DNA of 31,580 nucleotides from a virus (Duplodnaviria; Heunggongvirae; Uroviricota; Caudoviricetes): IMG/VR virus record IMGVR_UViG_2700989363_000008, positions 1 to 31,580 of that record; one strand, 5' to 3'. Shown piece by piece: positions 26,759 to 31,580 of this stretch (position 1 is its first letter; each line of letters starts with the position of its first letter). The notes under the pieces were generated by a model. It saw only the letters and a program-made list of their open reading frames with translations, ran no database searches and was not told where the DNA came from. The position numbers and the translations under genes were made by a program.

Positions 26759-27723
26759 TGAAACAGCGCTCTCTTCTAAAAAATGCTCCAGATATTAATC
26801 GCATTATGAGTAATAATCATCATGCCCCTGAACATCAGCCCGTATCACCTATGGTTGGTGATTTAAAACGTCAACTGAGTTCATTAACCGGTAACAGCAT
26901 AACTTTGCCAGTATGCGGACGTAATGTTAACTTTAAGTTAGAGACAATTCCCGCAGATAAAGTTGAAATGGCAACAATGGTATGGCTAGGTAATGAACGC
27001 GATCAAGATTTATTAAATGAATCCTCTCTAGCCGATTTAATCCCATCTTTTCTAACGTCTGGACAACAAAATCCAGCTTTCGCCAGAAAAGTATCTGGAA
27101 TCGTTGAAGTCGCTGACGGCTCACGTAGAAGAAAAGCAGCGATATTAACAGGATGTGACTATCGCGTCTTAATTGGTGATCTCGACGATGAACAGATGCA
27201 TTGGTTATCCCAAATTGGTAACGATTATAGGCCTATTAGTGCATACGAAAGAGGAAAGAGATACTTACGCAAGCTAAATGACTTTGATGGTAACGTTAAA
27301 GCATTAGCCGAGGCTGAAAATATAGATAGAAATATTATCACGCGCTGTATTAATACAGCTGGTCTACCAAAAGATATATTAGCTATCTTCAATCATCCAG
27401 GAGAACTGTCAGCTCGTGCTGGAGATTCTTTGTTTAAGGTTTACAAAAAAAACATGGCTGCCATGAGCAATGCTGCTCATCATCTTCTGGCAATTAAAAA
27501 AAACGGCGAGGATTTAGAAGCTTCACGGATTATACAAATATTATCTGACTCTGTTCTGGTTGGCGACGAGGAAAAAACAAAAGACGAGAAAAAATATGGG
27601 GAAGGGATCACGGCTAGATATAAAGGTAATTTTGTAACTATAAAAATTGATAGCCGCAAAATATCTAAAGAAATACTAAGCAGAATTGAGTTGTTACTAG
27701 AGGAACAATCTACTGATAATTAA
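26758..27723 (+). CDS. sopB: Partition centromere-binding protein SopB (ParB family)
   Basis: 321 aa; ParB-box-like GDLDDEQ...; start overlaps the sopA stop (TAATG). Confidence 0.85.
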   Translation: MKQRSLLKNAPDINRIMSNNHHAPEHQPVSPMVGDLKRQLSSLTGNSITLPVCGRNVNFKLETIPADKVEMATMVWLGNERDQDLLNESSLADLIPSFLTSGQQNPAFARKVSGIVEVADGSRRRKAAILTGCDYRVLIGDLDDEQMHWLSQIGNDYRPISAYERGKRYLRKLNDFDGNVKALAEAENIDRNIITRCINTAGLPKDILAIFNHPGELSARAGDSLFKVYKKNMAAMSNAAHHLLAIKKNGEDLEASRIIQILSDSVLVGDEEKTKDEKKYGEGITARYKGNFVTIKIDSRKISKEILSRIELLLEEQSTDN

Positions 27724-27730
27724 GAACTAT

Positions 27731-27747
27731 CCCCTGCATTGCAGGGG
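27731..27747. terminator. Hairpin terminator after sopB (CCCCTGC-att-GCAGGGG)
   Basis: 7-bp GC stem followed by atattgattt; lies between convergent sopB and the tfa-like ORF. Confidence 0.45.
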
Positions 27748-27755
27748 ATATTGAT

Positions 27756-28016
27756 TTATGGTTGACTTGGCCACTCGATATCTGGATATAGTGATGTATC
27801 AACACGGTTCAGCAACACCCGATACTTCTTCCAGGCTTCCAGCAACGAGTTTTCTTCCTCCGTTGCGATCTCCAGATCTACAGCATCCTGAAGTGGCGCA
27901 ATATGCTCACTGAATTCCTGGATGTAGAACTGTGTGGTGACGGTCTTCCAGCCATTCGGCTCCTGCTGTATCGAAGCATACCAGGCTATTTCAATATCGC
28001 TATGCTGCGGCAGCAT
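27756..28016 (-). CDS. Tail fibre assembly protein-like short ORF (86 aa; C-terminal Tfa domain only)
   Basis: C-terminus ...[34 protein letters not shown] parallels the C-termini of the two full-length Tfa proteins at 30114-31203. Its 3' ~50 bp is duplicated at 28835-28885. Confidence 0.5.
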   Translation of the reverse strand: MLPQHSDIEIAWYASIQQEPNGWKTVTTQFYIQEFSEHIAPLQDAVDLEIATEEENSLLEAWKKYRVLLNRVDTSLYPDIEWPSQP

Positions 28017-28072
28017 TTAACCCCTTGTAATTCATCGCCATAATTGATTTAATTCACAAATAAAACTATAAT

Positions 28073-28741
28073 ATGGTGAAATTAATGAAAAAAAACACAG
28101 ATGATGGGGCTAAAATTTACACACCACTTACCCTAAAGCTTTATGACTGGTGGGTTTTGGGAGTATCAAATCGGCTTGCATGGGGATGTCCTACAAAGGA
28201 ACACCTTCTTCCACACTTTCTGGAACATTTAGGTAACAACCATCTGGATATTGGTGTTGGAACTGGGTTTTACCTTACTCACGTACCTGAGAGTAGTCTG
28301 ATATCTTTAATGGATTTGAACGAAGCTAGCCTGAACGCGGCATCTACAAGGGCTGGGGAATCAAAAATTAAACATAAAATTAGCCATGATGTTTTTGAAC
28401 CTTATCCCGCGGCGTTACATGGTCAATTTGATTCCATTTCCATGTTTTACCTTCTTCACTGCCTGCCTGGAAATATATCTACAAAAAGCTGTGTAATACG
28501 CAATGCGGCGCAGGCCTTAACTGATGATGGAACTCTATACGGAGCCACAATTCTTGGCGATGGAGTTGTGCACAATAGCTTCGGTCAAAAACTGATGCGC
28601 ATTTACAATCAGAAAGGCATCTTTTCAAACACAAAAGATTCCGAAGAAGGCTTAACACATATACTCTCAGAGCATTTCGAGAATGTTAAAACCAAGGTTC
28701 AAGGTACTGTAGTAATGTTTTCCGCTTCAGGGAAAAAATAG
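28073..28741 (+). CDS. Class I SAM-dependent methyltransferase (222 aa), cargo gene
   Basis: Motif I-like LDIGVGTGF; start 28073 or 28085; AT-rich; followed by a strong 11-bp-stem hairpin (28749-28781). Substrate unknown. Confidence 0.6.
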   Translation: MVKLMKKNTDDGAKIYTPLTLKLYDWWVLGVSNRLAWGCPTKEHLLPHFLEHLGNNHLDIGVGTGFYLTHVPESSLISLMDLNEASLNAASTRAGESKIKHKISHDVFEPYPAALHGQFDSISMFYLLHCLPGNISTKSCVIRNAAQALTDDGTLYGATILGDGVVHNSFGQKLMRIYNQKGIFSNTKDSEEGLTHILSEHFENVKTKVQGTVVMFSASGKK

Positions 28742-28804
28742 CATCCAACCGCAGCACGTTCTTGCTTAAGACGTGCTGCGGCATAATCCCAATGATTACT
28801 CCCT

Positions 28805-29146
28805 GACAGGGTTCGTAGGCCACTCAATATCAGGTGCAGTTGATGTATCAACACGGTTCAGCAACACCCGATACTTTTTCTAGGCTTCCACCACCAGCAC
28901 GACAAGATGCCGCATACAGTGCCCCAGTCAGTCCAGTTTTCAGACAACCAGTGCGTCACCTTTTTGAAGGCGCTTTAAAGCACGTTTTAATCCAGGTCGG
29001 CCTGTCCTTGTTCCGCTTAATTTATCTTCAAATATTTGTTCATATCCTGCACAAACAAGAGCGTTTCGTTGCAGGTCTGTATTCTGGTCATTTGTTGATA
29101 CCCTTACATAGCCAATCAGCACGCTGAATCTCCCGTCCAAAAGCAC
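28805..29146 (-). pseudogene. Serine DNA invertase (Pin/Gin/Cin/Hin family) remnant, inactivated by nonsense mutations and fused to a tfa 3' fragment
   Basis: 28940-29146 encodes MLLDGRFSVLIGYVRVSTNDQNTDLQRNALVCAGYEQIFEDKLSGTRTGRPGLKRALKRLQKGDALVV, near-identical to the invertase N-terminus as recalled. The frame then hits TGA where Trp is expected (WKLDRLG) and a second TGA, and runs into ...[13 protein letters not shown]..., a duplicated tfa end carrying TAG. Confidence 0.75.
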
Positions 29147-29172
29147 AAATCATGCCATGCAGGCCAGAAACC

Positions 29173-29202
29173 GCCATTATCTAAAACCTCGGTTTACGAG
29201 AA
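29173..29202. other. gix/cix/pix-like crossover site at the left boundary of a tail-fibre invertible segment
   Basis: CCATTATCTAAAACCTCGGTTTACGAGAA matches the Mu gix site (reverse complement CCATTATCCAAAACCTCGGTTTACAGGAA, recalled) at nearly every position. The tail-fibre frame is interrupted by TAA inside the site, as expected for the 'off' orientation. Confidence 0.7.
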
Positions 29203-30112
29203 CTCGGCACAAGCGGGGAGAAAATACCGTTACTCAGTACAGCGAATACCTGGACTAATCGACAAACATTCAGCGGTGGCCTTTCTGGTGAACTATCCGG
29301 CAATGCTTCTACAGCTGCAAAATTAAAAACTGCCAGGAAAATAAGCAATGTGGCTTTTGATGGTTCCTCCGATATCACATTAAAAGCAAGTCATGTTGGT
29401 GCGTTTGCCTTAGGGAAAACAGGAAGCACCGTTGCGAATGATAAAGCAGTTGGATGGAACTGGAGTAGCGGAGCCTATAACGCAACTATTAGTGGTGCAT
29501 CAACGTTAATTATTCATTTTTATATGGGAGAAGGAAGTTGTCCTGCAGCTCAGTTTCGGATTAATTATAAAAATGGCGGTATTTTTTATCGTTCAGCCCG
29601 TGATGGTTATGGTTTTGAAGCCGACTGGTCCGAATTTTACACCACCAGAAAACCTTCAGCAGGAGATGTTGGTGCACTGCCGTTATCTGGTGGTCAACTG
29701 AATGGTGCACTGGGTATCGGAACATCCAGTGCTCTTGGCGGTAATTCGATTGTATTGGGTGATAATGACACGGGCTTTAAACAAAAAGGCGATGGTAATC
29801 TGGATGTTTATGCTAATAACGTCCATGTTATGCGCTTTGTCTCCGGAAGCATTCAAAGTAATAAAACCATAAATATTACGGGACGTGTTAATCCCTCGGA
29901 TTACGGTAACTTTGATTCCCGCTATGTGAGAGATGTCAGACTTGGCACACGAGTTGTTTAGACCATGAAGAAAGGCGTGATGTATGAAAAATCAGGCCAT
30001 GTAATCACGGGGCTTGGTATTATCGGTGAAGTCGATGGTGATGATCCGGCAGTATTCAGACCAATACAAAAGTTAATTAACGGAACATGGTATAACGTAT
30101 CGCAGGTATAAT
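29185..30112 (+). pseudogene. Tail fibre variable C-terminal segment (Sv-like), carrying an in-frame amber codon at 29959-29961
   Basis: Frame open from the crossover site (…GTSGEKIPLLSTANTWTNRQTFSGGLSGELSGNASTAAKLKTARKI…) to TAG at 29959, then continues in the same frame for 50 codons ending ...[18 protein letters not shown]. The minus-strand variant ends ...[18 protein letters not shown] without interruption. Confidence 0.65.
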
Positions 30113-30113
30113 C

Positions 30114-30647
30114 ATGCAGCATTTAAAAAACATTGTCGCAGGTAATCCAAAAACCGTTGAACAATACCAGCTAACAAAGAATTTTGATGTTATCTGGTTA
30201 TGGTCCGAAGATGGAAAAAATTGGCATGAGGAATTAAAAAACTTTCAGGAGGATACAATAAAACTGGCTTACACAGTTGAGGGAATAATTATTGCTATAG
30301 ACAAGGATGTATCAGCAATTAATCCAGAAGGTTTAAGTGTCGTTGAGTTGCCTGATATTACAGCAAATCGCCGGGCTGATATTTCGGGCAACTGGATGTT
30401 CAAAGATGGTGCGGTGATAAAGCGAACTTATACCGAGGAAGAGCAAAGGCAACAAGCGGAAAATGAAAAGCAGAGCCTGCTGCAGCTCGTCAGGGATAAA
30501 ACCCAGCTGTGGGACTCTCAGCTACAGCTGGGCATCATTTCCGATGAGAATAAACAAAAATTAACCGAGTGGATGCTCTATGCGCAGAAGGTTGAATCCA
30601 CAGACACCTCCAGCCTGCCAGTAACGTTTCCCGAACAACCAGAATGA
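30114..30647 (+). CDS. Tail fibre assembly protein (Tfa/U-like, 177 aa)
   Basis: [45 protein letters not shown]... is a typical Tfa N-terminus; follows the tail fibre variable segment. Confidence 0.85.
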   Translation: MQHLKNIVAGNPKTVEQYQLTKNFDVIWLWSEDGKNWHEELKNFQEDTIKLAYTVEGIIIAIDKDVSAINPEGLSVVELPDITANRRADISGNWMFKDGAVIKRTYTEEEQRQQAENEKQSLLQLVRDKTQLWDSQLQLGIISDENKQKLTEWMLYAQKVESTDTSSLPVTFPEQPE

Positions 30648-30650
30648 GAG

Positions 30651-30682
30651 AAGGCCCGCTATCGGGCCTTAATTTTTATTCA
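30651..30682. terminator. Bidirectional terminator between the convergent tfa genes (AAGGCCC-gctatc-GGGCCTT + T-run)
   Basis: 7-bp GC stem followed by taatttttatt on the plus strand. Confidence 0.6.
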
Positions 30683-31203
30683 GGCTTTTGTGGCCATTCA
30701 GGATTTGCCGTATCCACACGGCTGACCAGAACACTGTAGCGTTCCCATGCTTCCAGTCGTGTGCGTTCCTCGTCTGTTGCCATATTCAGCCTGACAGCTC
30801 GTTCCAGCGGCTGGATGACTGATTCAGCTTCGGAAAGCAATGCGGCCTTTTGTGATTCGGCCTGTTGTTGCAGTTCCTGTTCTGTATATTCCCTCTTTAC
30901 TACTTTACCATCCAGAAACATCCATTTTCCGTTATTGTCTGCGTGACGATTTGCCGTAATATCAGGAACTTCAACTATGCTTAGCCCTTCAGGATTAATA
31001 GTTGAAACGTCTTTACTGACAGCAACGATGATGTTGTTCTCATCGTAAGCAATTTTTATGGTGTCTGGCTGAAAATTCTTTTGTTCCTCATACCAGTTTT
31101 TGCCATCTTCGCAAAAGAGCCATACCACGCCCGCTTTTTTAGTTAGCTGGTATTGTTCCGGTGTTTTCGGATTCCCGGCCTTAATATTTTTCAGGTGCAT
31201 CAT
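30676..31203 (-). CDS. Tail fibre assembly protein, alternative copy (Tfa'/U'-like)
   Basis: [45 protein letters not shown]... is paralogous to 30114-30647 and inverted relative to it. Confidence 0.85.
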   Translation of the reverse strand: MMHLKNIKAGNPKTPEQYQLTKKAGVVWLFCEDGKNWYEEQKNFQPDTIKIAYDENNIIVAVSKDVSTINPEGLSIVEVPDITANRHADNNGKWMFLDGKVVKREYTEQELQQQAESQKAALLSEAESVIQPLERAVRLNMATDEERTRLEAWERYSVLVSRVDTANPEWPQKPE

Positions 31204-31204
31204 C

Positions 31205-31580
31205 TTAAACACTCCCCACGTTGTACCATATTCCCCCAATCAATTTCTGAATTGGCCTTCTGGCAACAGTGTCGACAATATCATCCGCATTGCTGTTAAT
31301 TGCGGCTGTTAAAACATAACCTGACGCATCGCCAAAGCCGTAGTCGCGCCATACGTTTTTATATTCAATGCTGCCAAGACGAATATCCCGAACGACATGA
31401 TTATGCAGCCATGTGCTTAACCAGTTGTTTTCCCACACTGAACCATAAATATCGCCACTAGACGCAACTTGCGCACCACTTCCCAGCGCAAATTGAGGTA
31501 GCCTGAGTTTAACGGACACTCCTTCCTGAAATAGAATGGCATCAGAAGGAGCTAATAATGAGCAGAAAAACCCAACGTTA
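31205..31580 (-). CDS. Tail fibre, alternative variable C-terminal segment (Sv'-like), 5' part beyond the window end
   Basis: Minus-strand frame open from the window end to the stop at 31205; ends ...[19 protein letters not shown], paralogous to the plus-strand copy. Confidence 0.7.
   Translation of the reverse strand, partial: NVGFFCSLLAPSDAILFQEGVSVKLRLPQFALGSGAQVASSGDIYGSVWENNWLSTWLHNHVVRDIRLGSIEYKNVWRDYGFGDASGYVLTAAINSNADDIVDTVARRPIQKLIGGIWYNVGSV

Overview
This window reads as part of an N15-like 'telomere phage' (linear plasmid-prophage) genome in a circularly joined representation, with no integrase or att site seen. Left to right: lambda-like packaging genes on the minus strand (portal partial, W, terminase large, terminase small) ending at a lambda-type cos site (cosN 3875-3886); an AT-rich two-gene cargo cassette bounded by ~118-bp direct repeats; a DUF4406-like gene; the lysis cassette (holin, SAR endolysin, Rz/Rz1) preceded by a DNA methyltransferase; a HigB/HigA-like toxin-antitoxin pair; a LexA box in front of a small ORF; a run of small early genes including a DnaQ-like exonuclease; a cro/cB immunity switch; a 1327-aa RepA primase-helicase with an origin-like element in its 3' end; an antisense-RNA-type anti-immunity region with an interrupted antirepressor; protelomerase telN beside a telRL-like palindrome; sopAB partition genes; and a decayed Mu G/P1 C-type invertible tail-fibre segment with an inactivated invertase. 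Two palindrome families are dispersed through the window: TGCGACC-RY-GGTCGCA (5 copies, F sopC-like, probably the SopB centromere) and CGTGACCAGTCACG (3 copies, unexplained). The best candidate for an undescribed system is the cos-proximal cassette (4245-5679). All homology statements are from reading the translations and from memory of the families; no database search was run.
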